Assembly (NCBI GenBank): GCA_903847095.1
Contig: CAINCQ010000024.1
Coordinates: forward strand, 16,628-80,627
From: an uncultured bacterium
GTDB lineage: Bacteria; Patescibacteriota; Minisyncoccia; Minisyncoccales; UBA5738
Reading direction: 5' to 3'
DNA: 64,000 nucleotides
Each line of letters begins with the position of its first letter. The first letter of the stretch is position 1. The notes beneath the pieces are model-generated. The model had not been told where the DNA came from and did not search any database. It saw nothing but the letters and a program-made list of their open reading frames with translations. Both the position numbers and the translations under genes were made by a program. Shown here piece by piece: positions 29,221 to 38,516 of the stretch.

Positions 29221-30252
29221 ATGGACGAAATAAATAAAATTTCATGGAAAGACCGATTGCGCAGTTTTTTTGTTCCTACTTTCTCAAGGAACTATTTGTA
29301 TCTGACGAGCCTGACTCTACTGATATTTTCGTTATTTAACGATAATTTTACGGTTGCGTTCATCTTCATCGCAATGTTTTGGCAGTTGGTGATCGTATTC
29401 GAGGTGTGCGGTGTCCTGTCTATTTACAGCGCGCTTACGGACCGCCCGATGGGGAAGACCACCAAGAATATGATGCTGGTCTATGTCATTGTTTTGAATT
29501 TCATGATTGCCGTAGCTTGTTTTTTTGATGCCACTATTTTTAACAGTCGGTCGGAAATAACCAATCTTTCCTTGATCTTTCCGGCCATTAATGTTCTAGA
29601 TGCCATCCTGCTGTTTTTGCTTTTTAAGGGGGATATTTTGACCGAAAAATCGATCGAAGACGACAAAATAGACATTGTCGAATTGGCTATCGGTTCGGCT
29701 GCCGTTGTTCTGATCTACGCGATCGGTATTTATGTTTGGAGAATCAGCTGGCCGATAGTGTTTTCCATGTGTGTTTTCTATTCAGGGCATATCGGTGAAA
29801 GTTTTTCGGGTTTGTTCCATGGAAAGCCGGTGCTTTTCAGTTCAGTCGTCGGCCCCAAAAAAATGAAAGTGATCTTGGCAGCCATTATCGTGCTGTTTCT
29901 GGCCGGTATGGGCCGCACGTGGTTTATCATTGTGGCCGATAAAATGGCGGAAAAGGATATCGGGTGGTGCGTTTGGATGCCGGATCGGGATACGAAGAAT
30001 GCCTGTTATTCGGCGAATGAGAGGCTGATAAGAGATCCGGCACTGTGCGAGAACATTATCGATTCGTTCAAGCGCGATCAATGTTCCGGGGATGTGGCAG
30101 CGCGTCTCAATGACACGTCGATTTGCGGCCGAATTGAAGATAAGACCGATAATTACCTCTGCTCGCTTAAATTTGGATTCATAGGCGGTTTTTGTTATTC
30201 CGATATCGGTTGCAGAAATGACGCCAAATGCGTCAATAATATTTGTCAATAA
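29221..30252 (+). CDS. Multi-pass membrane protein with C-terminal Cys-rich extracellular repeats
   Basis: ~7 TM segments; D..LC..I....RD.C repeats. Confidence 0.75.
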   Translation: MDEINKISWKDRLRSFFVPTFSRNYLYLTSLTLLIFSLFNDNFTVAFIFIAMFWQLVIVFEVCGVLSIYSALTDRPMGKTTKNMMLVYVIVLNFMIAVACFFDATIFNSRSEITNLSLIFPAINVLDAILLFLLFKGDILTEKSIEDDKIDIVELAIGSAAVVLIYAIGIYVWRISWPIVFSMCVFYSGHIGESFSGLFHGKPVLFSSVVGPKKMKVILAAIIVLFLAGMGRTWFIIVADKMAEKDIGWCVWMPDRDTKNACYSANERLIRDPALCENIIDSFKRDQCSGDVAARLNDTSICGRIEDKTDNYLCSLKFGFIGGFCYSDIGCRNDAKCVNNICQ

Positions 30253-30348
30253 GGGTAGGTGTGTATGCATTACCTATTCTTGACATAATTAAAATTATAT
30301 GATATATTATGATAAATATTTTTTCATTATACGAAGGAGTTTGGAAAC

Positions 30349-30528
30349 ATGAGATTGGTTGCGCTGAATATGGGCGGAAAGGAGTATCTTTCTGCGTTAG
30401 GGGTATTATTACTCTGCCCCAATTGTAACGAAAAGATCGAAGTTAATAGCACGCATGATCAAATGCGATGCTCAAACCAAGCTTGCAAAGAACATAGATG
30501 GGTGCAAACATTAGCGGTAATATCTTAG
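30349..30528 (+). CDS. 59-aa zinc-ribbon microprotein (not in the ORF track)
   Basis: MRLVALNMGG...LCPNCNE...MRCSNQACKE; AAGGAG SD; TTGACA(30280)-17-TATATT promoter. Confidence 0.65.
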   Translation: MRLVALNMGGKEYLSALGVLLLCPNCNEKIEVNSTHDQMRCSNQACKEHRWVQTLAVIS

Positions 30529-30789
30529 GCATGGTCTTAATCTAGGTTCCCGGGTTTTTGAAAGCATTTTGCCTTGTTCCGATATGGTGGAGCAAGGCAA
30601 ATTTTATTTTATTGCTTCAAAACGGTTCAAACATCGTATATCAGACGACCCTGCCAAGATTTGAAGCCACTTTTCAGGGTAGTTTGGACTCATAATCGCT
30701 TGTTAGGCAGTTTTTGGTTGCTTAACTTCGAGAGATCGATATTGACGTATTAAAATCATAGTTATGTAAGTTTAAGCGGAGGTGTCTTT

Positions 30790-31143
30790 ATAAATAAAAT
30801 AACCATTTCGGCATCTAAGTTCAGCGATATAGCTTGGTATGGTACATTTATCGGCTCAATCTTGCTCGGTTTTAAATTCCAAGTCATTTGGTGGGGTGTA
30901 ATCGCATGGGCAATAGCAATGGCTTTCAGTTATTACTTTGCGATAACCAACAATTTTCTGAATGAAGAGACCGACAAACAAAAACGATTTATTGTCGCGG
31001 CGGCTATAGCAACTTTATCCTTAATATTGCTGATATCGGGATATGGTTTGGTATTTATCATATTCTGTGCCGTTGCCGTAATAGTCGCTAAAGCAAATCG
31101 TAATTTGTTACCACGTCTTAGGTTATCCAATATTTCTGGATAA
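30790..31143 (+). CDS. Small membrane protein; start uncertain (ATA 30790 after GGAGGTG, or TTG 30862)
   Basis: Open frame from 30790 with hydrophobic helices. Confidence 0.55.
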   Translation: MNKITISASKFSDIAWYGTFIGSILLGFKFQVIWWGVIAWAIAMAFSYYFAITNNFLNEETDKQKRFIVAAAIATLSLILLISGYGLVFIIFCAVAVIVAKANRNLLPRLRLSNISG

Positions 31144-31369
31144 CCTTTTTTATTCTCAGACGTTTATCTTCATGGGCAATGGATAGCCAAACAGGTAGTA
31201 GTATCGTCCGCCAGACGACTAATCGTCAGAAACCGCTTTTTTGGGCGGTTTTTGGTTTTGTTGTTTAGGCTTATATTCTAACAGGGTGGTTGTAAGCCAT
31301 TGAAGCATTACATAATATTGACAATTTGTAAATTTTATGTAATAATCTTGAAACTGAGGTGAGTCGGTT

Positions 31370-31894
31370 ATGTCTGAGTCTAAAAATGGAAAAATATTGC
31401 TGATATTAGTAGTGGTATTGGCGGCATATTTGTTCGCAACCTACAATATGTCCACCACGGAGATCATTGTCAAGCGAAGCTGGTGCGGTATGGGTAACGA
31501 GCTGACGGTTTCCGCGTTTCCGGGGAAGACCTTGTATGTTTACATTGACGGCTCGAGCTACGCAGCCCAATTGATGCATGGCAAAGGAGATTTCAGCGAA
31601 TTGCAAATTAATCCCTACTTTGGCAGCGTGGTGGCAGATCCCGATGGCGTTACCGTCAGCATCGAAAAAGAAGCCAGTGTTTCCGCTTATTCTTTGATCT
31701 GGAAGGAGGCAGTCATTAAAAATGGAGATGCTTTTAGCGGTACCGGACGGGATGTCGGATCGTTGCATGTCGCTACTCCGTTAGAAGGATTTGTTTTTTA
31801 CGGGAGAGCAAAATTCGATTTGTATGGCTATAACCAGTCATACGGTACGGAAGATTATATTGAAGTTAAGGCTGAAGACAGCGCGTCTGAATAA
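31370..31894 (+). CDS. Hypothetical exported protein
   Basis: N-terminal TM/signal; GAGGTG SD; TTGACA at 31318. Confidence 0.7.
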   Translation: MSESKNGKILLILVVVLAAYLFATYNMSTTEIIVKRSWCGMGNELTVSAFPGKTLYVYIDGSSYAAQLMHGKGDFSELQINPYFGSVVADPDGVTVSIEKEASVSAYSLIWKEAVIKNGDAFSGTGRDVGSLHVATPLEGFVFYGRAKFDLYGYNQSYGTEDYIEVKAEDSASE

Positions 31895-32068
31895 CGCTAG
31901 TTCTTCAGCTTTTTTATTATTGTATGCTTACTTTTTACTGCGCTAAACAGGTTCAAACATAGTCTGCCGGACAACTAAATTACAGAAACCGCCCGGTTAA
32001 GCGGTTTTTTAGCTCACGTACTAATTAAAAAAAGGACACGATATTTCTCGTGTCAACGGTTTTCCGGC

Positions 32069-32326
32069 TTATTTGATATACGGATTATTCGTATAATATG
32101 ATTCACCCGATTTGTTGTAAGCGTAGAGTATTGCGTTAAGAACCGCAAATACTAAAAAAATTATCATGGGGCCAACCATGGCTTTAATGCCTAACGCATA
32201 AATAATTATAGATATTACAAAAAGCACGGTAAACCCAATGCAGAAAAGTGCACAATCATTTGCTCTCCTTTCGTGACCTTCTCGCCGCCTTAAATTTCTA
32301 AGGCGCTTTGATTCCCGCTCATCCAC
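32069..32326 (-). CDS. Small 2-TM protein
   Basis: GGAGG SD before GTG; TTGACA-17-TAATAT on the minus strand. Confidence 0.65.
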   Translation of the reverse strand: MDERESKRLRNLRRREGHERRANDCALFCIGFTVLFVISIIIYALGIKAMVGPMIIFLVFAVLNAILYAYNKSGESYYTNNPYIK

Positions 32327-32657
32327 TTTATCGCCTCCAATTATGGACAGAAAAAAATATTAACATAATAAATTTATTATGTCAAGCTATTGTAATGGTT
32401 CAACAGCTTGTATTCATCTGCTAAGCAGTGAACCATTGCAGTTTTTTGACAAAAAAATATAAATAGCATTTATGTTAGCTAAAGAAATCGGGAGGGCGGT
32501 CAAAGTGAGCTCATTGACTGATTTTATACGTATTCATAGGCTAGCAGGGTGGCAACAAGCTATCGAAGCCTTACCCGATAGTCTTGACAGATAATATTTT
32601 ATATTGTATTATCAGGGCAGTAACTTTACATCAGCTGTGGAGTAAAGGAGGTTTGGT

Positions 32658-33941
32658 ATGAGAAAATTGATATTCGCGTTTATGGTGGTTGCGATCGCAG
32701 TGCTATTTGCGAGCGGATGTATTGGTCAACCAAAGGCTGAGGAGAGATCACCGCTTCCTTGGAATAACAGAATAGTGGGGAATGAATCCTTTGTCGCGTC
32801 CGACGCGCCGATTGCGATAGACTGGATCGACCTTTTTGGTCAGAATTCCATGTTTTTCTTTACCAATCGCGATTTGGTTGCTCACAGAACCATCGTAATG
32901 ATAAAGAAAAAATCGGGCCTTACCGGCTATTCGTTTGAATTACCGGCGGGCAAATCCAATGTCTTGTTAGCGAGCGCCTTTATGGGTACCGAGAGGTTGG
33001 AAATAACGGTCGCAGCTGAAAACATTGAGGTCCAAAAGATCGCCTTCAATTTTACGCCCGGCGGACTTTCTTATGAGAGTTCCAGATATGGTATAGATAG
33101 AAACTGCCAAGCTTTGTCGTGCCGCTGGGCAGGTTATTGGCACGAAAACGGATTATGGACATCGCTTATCAAGGTGAAGGAGATTAATGCCAGCGAAATC
33201 AGCCTGGTAAAAAGGCCTTCCGATAACGTTGCAGCGATCAAAGAGATCAACGACACGCTCTATACGCTTGGCGCAAAGAACGTAAACATCAAGTCCGTTT
33301 ATGCCCAGCCGGTGATGAATTACTATGTTGGGGCAACGGTTACCAGAGGTGCGGTTAAGATCGAAGCAAACTTCTTCCTCCCGGGAAACGTTGCGAAAAA
33401 AGAAATCATTACCGAGGAATTGGGCCAGATTAAGGAATTCGTCGATATTTGCGTTAAGAACGGATACCGGAATTTATCCCTTCGAATGGAACCGCTTACG
33501 GTTCTCTCCTGGCAAGCACAAGAAAGGCAATGGATGGGTAGCGGCTGGCTTCCCCTGGGGAGCGGATTGGCCACGGTATCGCTAACGCAAAACTCGAGCA
33601 TGGTCAGTTCGACGACCACGTCGCCGGCCAAGGAGGATGTTTATACAAGCAACGCCTACATCGAGAAAAAAAATGCCTTAGGCAGACACCTTGTGCTGAA
33701 TACCAATATCAAAGGCGTACAATTAATGCCAGGCCAGAAAATAGGACTGCAATGGGTTAATTGCGGACCGTGTATGTATTGCTACGCAGAAGGCAATCCT
33801 TGCAATTACCGGTATGAAGTCCTCTGGGCAGTAGCGAAATGCCAAGGCGTAATGACCGAAAAGCAACTTGCCGCGGCTCAAAAAGCGATAGAGGAAGAAC
33901 GGGATTGGAAATTGACTTTCGTCAATAACACCGTCATTTAA
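32658..33941 (+). CDS. Putative lipoprotein
   Basis: MRKLIFAFMVVAIAVLFASG|CIG lipobox; AAGGAGG SD; TTGACA(32584)-17-TATTAT; terminator at 33941-33968. Confidence 0.75.
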   Translation: MRKLIFAFMVVAIAVLFASGCIGQPKAEERSPLPWNNRIVGNESFVASDAPIAIDWIDLFGQNSMFFFTNRDLVAHRTIVMIKKKSGLTGYSFELPAGKSNVLLASAFMGTERLEITVAAENIEVQKIAFNFTPGGLSYESSRYGIDRNCQALSCRWAGYWHENGLWTSLIKVKEINASEISLVKRPSDNVAAIKEINDTLYTLGAKNVNIKSVYAQPVMNYYVGATVTRGAVKIEANFFLPGNVAKKEIITEELGQIKEFVDICVKNGYRNLSLRMEPLTVLSWQAQERQWMGSGWLPLGSGLATVSLTQNSSMVSSTTTSPAKEDVYTSNAYIEKKNALGRHLVLNTNIKGVQLMPGQKIGLQWVNCGPCMYCYAEGNPCNYRYEVLWAVAKCQGVMTEKQLAAAQKAIEEERDWKLTFVNNTVI

Positions 33942-34052
33942 AGGCCCTTTTAAGGCCTTTTCTTTTTATTTATCGGGCCAAATGTTGGTTTGTACGGTTT
34001 TTTGTTTGACAAGTTTAATATAAGCAATTATCCTGTTTGAGGAGGTAAAAAT

Positions 34053-34481
34053 TTGCACATAGAGAGGTTAATGGAATATGGGCACGGGGTAGATAATCTT
34101 ACCAGCTTCATTCGTTGGTGGATTACTAATGATGGCCGCAAAGAAGGTGAGGCAAAGGGGCGTAGTCGTATTTATACAATTAGTGCCCGTTATAGCGAAT
34201 TGGACTTGGAGCTTAAAAAAGATGTTATTTTTAGTGATGAGACCCGAGCGCTCAGAAATGGCGAAGTATCTATTTCCGACGGACTCGAAGAGTTTATGAA
34301 AGAGATAAAGAAGTGGTTAAAAGAAAAAACTGCATTAAGTCCTGAGGAAGTAGACGTTGTCCGTTATAGAGATGCCAAAAAACAATTTGGCATGGCAGGT
34401 ATGGGTTTTTTTGTCCGATCCGTTGGCATAACCGATTTGGGATTACTAATTCATACCGACGTTATTGGCATCCCCAAATGA
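34053..34481 (+). CDS. Hypothetical protein
   Basis: GAGGAGG SD before TTG; TTGACA(34006)-17-TATCCT. Confidence 0.65.
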   Translation: MHIERLMEYGHGVDNLTSFIRWWITNDGRKEGEAKGRSRIYTISARYSELDLELKKDVIFSDETRALRNGEVSISDGLEEFMKEIKKWLKEKTALSPEEVDVVRYRDAKKQFGMAGMGFFVRSVGITDLGLLIHTDVIGIPK

Positions 34482-34618
34482 ATTCATAATTAGCGAAGCG
34501 GAAGGCTTTGCTATTTTTTTACTAAACAGATTCAAACATCGTCCGTTAGACGACCAAGTTTTAAAGAGTCGCCGAGTAAGCGGCTTTTTGGTAGAATAAA
34601 TCAATAATTAAAAAACTA

Positions 34619-35530
34619 ATGATTATTCGTAAGAAACAAGCCGACGAGGTGGATATCGATATGTCTCTTTTGAGCCGGTTGATTGTCGCGCAATTTCCCC
34701 AGTGGGCAGGCCTTCCGATCAGGCCGGTTGAATTAAGCGGGTGGGATAACAGAACTTTTCATCTCGGTGATCATATGACGGTGCGATTGCCCAGTGCGGC
34801 CAGATATGCCCAGCAGGTGGAAAAAGAATACCAGTGGTTACCCAGACTTGCGCCTCATTTGCCCCTGGCGATTCCTGTTCCCTTGGCGATGGGTATTCCG
34901 GCCGCGGGTTATCCCTGGAATTGGTCCGTTTATCGGTGGCTCGAAGGCGAGAACACGACGCTTGAGCGGGTTGTTGATTTACGGGAATTTGCGACTACGC
35001 TGGCTCAATTCTTGACCGCTCTTCAAAAAATCGAGGCTATCGGTGGACCGCCGCCCGGACAACGCAACTTTTTTCGCGGCGGGCCGTTGGCCACTTATGA
35101 CGGAGAAGTCCGGCAAGCGGCCGCAGTCCTCGACGACAAGATCGATACCGGCGCGGTAATCGCGGTTTGGGAAGCGGCTTTAGCGGCGACCTGGCGCGGT
35201 TCACCCGTCTGGTTTCACGGCGACGTCAGCGCAGGGAACTTGCTGGTCAAAGATGGCCGGTTGAGCGCCGTTATCGACTTCGGCTGTTTTGGCGTGGGCG
35301 ATCCTGCCTGCGATCTGTCGGTTGCGTGGACGCTTTTCGAAGGGGAAAGCCGGGAGGCCTTCCGCGCGGCTCTCCATGTCGATGAAGCCACCTGGGCGCG
35401 AGGTTGCGGCTGGACGCTGTGGAAGGCTCTTATTGAGCTTGCCGAACTTCCGGACGTTAACCTCCCAAAAGCAGCAAAAAAGCCTCGGCAAATAATCGAC
35501 GATATTTTGGCCGACCATAATACCTTTTAG
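34619..35530 (+). CDS. Aminoglycoside phosphotransferase (APH/choline kinase-like) family protein
   Basis: SGWDNRTFHLG, VRLP, VEKE..WLP.LAP, HGDVSAGNLLV, VIDFG, GDPACDL; visibly higher GC than neighbours. Confidence 0.9.
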   Translation: MIIRKKQADEVDIDMSLLSRLIVAQFPQWAGLPIRPVELSGWDNRTFHLGDHMTVRLPSAARYAQQVEKEYQWLPRLAPHLPLAIPVPLAMGIPAAGYPWNWSVYRWLEGENTTLERVVDLREFATTLAQFLTALQKIEAIGGPPPGQRNFFRGGPLATYDGEVRQAAAVLDDKIDTGAVIAVWEAALAATWRGSPVWFHGDVSAGNLLVKDGRLSAVIDFGCFGVGDPACDLSVAWTLFEGESREAFRAALHVDEATWARGCGWTLWKALIELAELPDVNLPKAAKKPRQIIDDILADHNTF

Positions 35531-35625
35531 GGGAAGTTCGGACCGAACGTTATTCGCAGTAGTTTTGGCTTGACATTAACCCATTTTAATATATTCTACG
35601 TGTAGAACTTTTTAAAGGTGAAAGA

Positions 35626-35979
35626 ATGGTAAAAGCCAAGCCAGGTTTACATGAAGGTTTAGTGACCGGTATGGTCCAGTGGGTGATATTCAGAAGCTCA
35701 ATACCTCCCGACGGCGACGGAAGAAAATATGAGTCTGCGGCCATGAAGAAAGGAATAAAAAATTCGGACGCAAAGCTGCATCTTTTCGATTTGCTTCTTG
35801 AAGGCAGATATCCGCCACCCGACGTATGCGCTAAAGTTCTCGCCGGGGATTATTCAAACATATGGCATTTTGCCAACACTTACTTTGGGGATGGATTTGG
35901 CTTTGATGTGGTTGAATCCGTTCCGATAGCGCCTAGCGATACAAAATATGAAACCATGATCAAGGAGGGGATAAAATAA
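35626..35979 (+). CDS. Hypothetical protein
   Basis: AAGGTG SD; TTGACA at 35570; terminator overlapping the stop. Confidence 0.6.
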   Translation: MVKAKPGLHEGLVTGMVQWVIFRSSIPPDGDGRKYESAAMKKGIKNSDAKLHLFDLLLEGRYPPPDVCAKVLAGDYSNIWHFANTYFGDGFGFDVVESVPIAPSDTKYETMIKEGIK

Positions 35980-36063
35980 CCCCCTTTTTTATTTACTAGC
36001 CAAACAGGCTCTAATGTCGTCCGCCAGGCGGCTCCCTAGGCAGTACGGGAGGGTGTTTTTTGA

Positions 36064-36092
36064 TTGACATTTTCTCTATCTTAATTTATAAT
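36064..36092 (+). promoter_or_regulatory. Perfect sigma70 consensus promoter for the MoxR-VWA pair
   Basis: TTGACA-17 bp-TATAAT. Confidence 0.8.
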
Positions 36093-36156
36093 GCGGGGCA
36101 GCACTGCAAAATGGGCGTCAGCTTATTTGCAGATTAACAATCAGTAAAGGAGGATT

Positions 36157-37392
36157 TTGATGGAATCAGAAAAGCCAAACACGGATAGCAATAAGATTGC
36201 CGAAACGTTGAGTTCGATCCGCGAATTGCAGGAACAGCTCAACCGCATGTTCCCTGAAAGGGAAACGCTGATTACCCAGCTCATCTACGCGTTGTTGACG
36301 CGCGAGCATGTGCTGGTATTTGGCACCTACGGGACAGGCAAGTCCCTTCTGATAGGGCGCTTCTTTAAGGCTTTCGTCGGCGGGAAATTCTTTTCCGTCG
36401 AGCTTTCCAAATATATGACGGAAAGCAATCTGATCGGGATGCCTAATCCAAAAAAAATGCGCGAGGAGGGAATTGTCTGGTATGAAACCAAAAATACCAT
36501 GATCGATTCTGACCTTGTGGAGCTTGATGAAGTTCTTGATGCCAATGCTTGTACATTGAGGACAACGTTAGGTATTCTCAACGAGCGGCGTTTTAACAGG
36601 GGTCCGCAGACTGAAATAGCGGTTCTTCATACGGCAGTGGCTTCGACTAATGCCAATCCGGAAGAAGTGGTTCAAAAAACGCCCGCGCTTGGAGCGGTCA
36701 TAGATCGGTTCCTTCTCCAGACCGAGGTAAAATGGCTGGAAGGGGATGAAAGCCGGTGTAAAATGTTAGAACAATATCTCTGTGGTTCGCAGCCGACTGT
36801 CCAGATTCCGTTCGAGGATATCAAGGCGCTTGCCGAGGCGGTGGACCACGTAGAGTTCAACGATCTGGCGATTATAAAACTATACAACCAAATCCTGCAG
36901 GGGTGTAAGAGTAAGATTGGCAGGACGATTTCGGACCGAAGAGCTTGCCAGGCCCTCAAATTGGCGAAGGCAAACGCTTTGCTGTCGGGACGACAGGTAG
37001 TTTCGCCTGATGATCTTTACGCCACTATGTGGGCGTTTTGTTATGGGCATGACGCAAAATCGCAGGAAGAGTTCAAGGCGGTGGCAAAGCCTCTCATTGA
37101 AAAAGCTATGGCTGAATTGCAGCCGGACATGATGAGCACTCAAATGATGCTGCTCGAAGAGCTTGAGAAAAAATTGCTCAACCTTAAATCCGGCAACGGA
37201 AACGGTAATGGCGCGCACACGCCGGAAGAACTTCTCTCAATACATCGCGGTTTGCTCGGATTGCAAAGTAATATCGGGAAAATCCAACCGGGCTATGTGG
37301 CGGTCAAGGAACGCCGTGACCGGCTTCTGACTTCGGTCGGGACTGAAAGCAAGGAAGTAAATAGGCTTATGGCAGGAGAGGTGGCGGTCTGA
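36157..37392 (+). CDS. MoxR-family AAA+ ATPase (RavA-like)
   Basis: EHVLVFGTYGTGKS Walker A, LDEV Walker B, LNER.F, DRF arginine finger, ISDRR sensor. Confidence 0.85.
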   Translation: MMESEKPNTDSNKIAETLSSIRELQEQLNRMFPERETLITQLIYALLTREHVLVFGTYGTGKSLLIGRFFKAFVGGKFFSVELSKYMTESNLIGMPNPKKMREEGIVWYETKNTMIDSDLVELDEVLDANACTLRTTLGILNERRFNRGPQTEIAVLHTAVASTNANPEEVVQKTPALGAVIDRFLLQTEVKWLEGDESRCKMLEQYLCGSQPTVQIPFEDIKALAEAVDHVEFNDLAIIKLYNQILQGCKSKIGRTISDRRACQALKLAKANALLSGRQVVSPDDLYATMWAFCYGHDAKSQEEFKAVAKPLIEKAMAELQPDMMSTQMMLLEELEKKLLNLKSGNGNGNGAHTPEELLSIHRGLLGLQSNIGKIQPGYVAVKERRDRLLTSVGTESKEVNRLMAGEVAV

Positions 37393-37418
37393 CGCCTTCC
37401 TTACCAGCAAATTTTCCT

Positions 37419-38516
37419 TTGACGCTGTTTCAGCTTGAGCTTATCGTAGCAGCCTTGCTGATTCTGTTGCTTATGTTATTAACCGCGAAGTTGTTTGGGA
37501 AGAAACGTGATAAAAAATCCAAACCGCCAGCCAAGAAATCGGATGCCAGATCCGGTGTACTGGATAGTGAATCCGGAAAACCGGATCACGACGGGCTATC
37601 GCAGCAAAGTGCAGAATCGGAGGAGGAACTAGAACGGCGATCCAAGGATAGAAAAGAGCGAGAGGAAGAGGAAAGAAAAAGAAAAGAATTGCTGAGATAC
37701 AAAAAAGTTCAGGTGATCAACGCGAAAGGAGGCATGATTAAATCGTTGCTGGACAAGATACCCGATATGCCAGGCGAGAAGCTCGAAGCTTTATACCTGG
37801 CGACCACACAAGAAGATATCCGCTTCGATCTCAAGGTCGGACAGAAGTCGGAAGTGGTTAATTATCCGACCACGGACATGGAAATTGTACCTCTGGATGA
37901 TCCGTCTCAGCTTCCGGGAGTCTTGCCCATGGACTTGATCTTGGAAGACGAAGCGTTCTATGGCAAGTTAGTTAATGGAGAACTGTTGCATCCGGAGTAT
38001 CGCGAGACATCGACAGAGTTCAAGCGCCTCTATATCCTTTGGGACGTTTCAGCTTCGATGTGGGATTCAATGCGAATGCCGGACGGAGAAACCGGTACCC
38101 GCGATATTTGGGCCCGGGCCGTGATCGCTGGATTGCTGGTCGACGCCGTCAAGGGGCGTGCCGAGTATTTCTTGCGGCCGTTTGCGGAACACCCTCAAGA
38201 ACTGAGGTCAGTTTTTACCAGCGCGGAAGCCGAAAAGCTTTTGTTGTGGATTTTAAACGAAAGTGAAAAAGGTTCATTTACCCATATTGGCATAGCGGTC
38301 GAAACAGCGGTTGAGGATATCCGGAAGCGGCAGAACGCCGAAACCCGGATGAATCACATACTGTGTATTACCGATGGTGCCGATAACGGCGGCCTGACAA
38401 AAGAACAGCTTGAAAAAGCGCTCGGAGAGGATATCAAGCTCCACGTAGTGCTTATTGGTGCTACCTACGGACCCGATCATCCTCTTACGCCTTACGTCAT
38501 GGCGAATTACCAATAA
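37419..38516 (+). CDS. VWA-domain protein (ViaA-like partner) with N-terminal TM anchor
   Basis: MIDAS motif LWDVSASM, conserved T (SFTHIG), CITDG; directly after the MoxR ATPase. Confidence 0.82.
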   Translation: MTLFQLELIVAALLILLLMLLTAKLFGKKRDKKSKPPAKKSDARSGVLDSESGKPDHDGLSQQSAESEEELERRSKDRKEREEEERKRKELLRYKKVQVINAKGGMIKSLLDKIPDMPGEKLEALYLATTQEDIRFDLKVGQKSEVVNYPTTDMEIVPLDDPSQLPGVLPMDLILEDEAFYGKLVNGELLHPEYRETSTEFKRLYILWDVSASMWDSMRMPDGETGTRDIWARAVIAGLLVDAVKGRAEYFLRPFAEHPQELRSVFTSAEAEKLLLWILNESEKGSFTHIGIAVETAVEDIRKRQNAETRMNHILCITDGADNGGLTKEQLEKALGEDIKLHVVLIGATYGPDHPLTPYVMANYQ

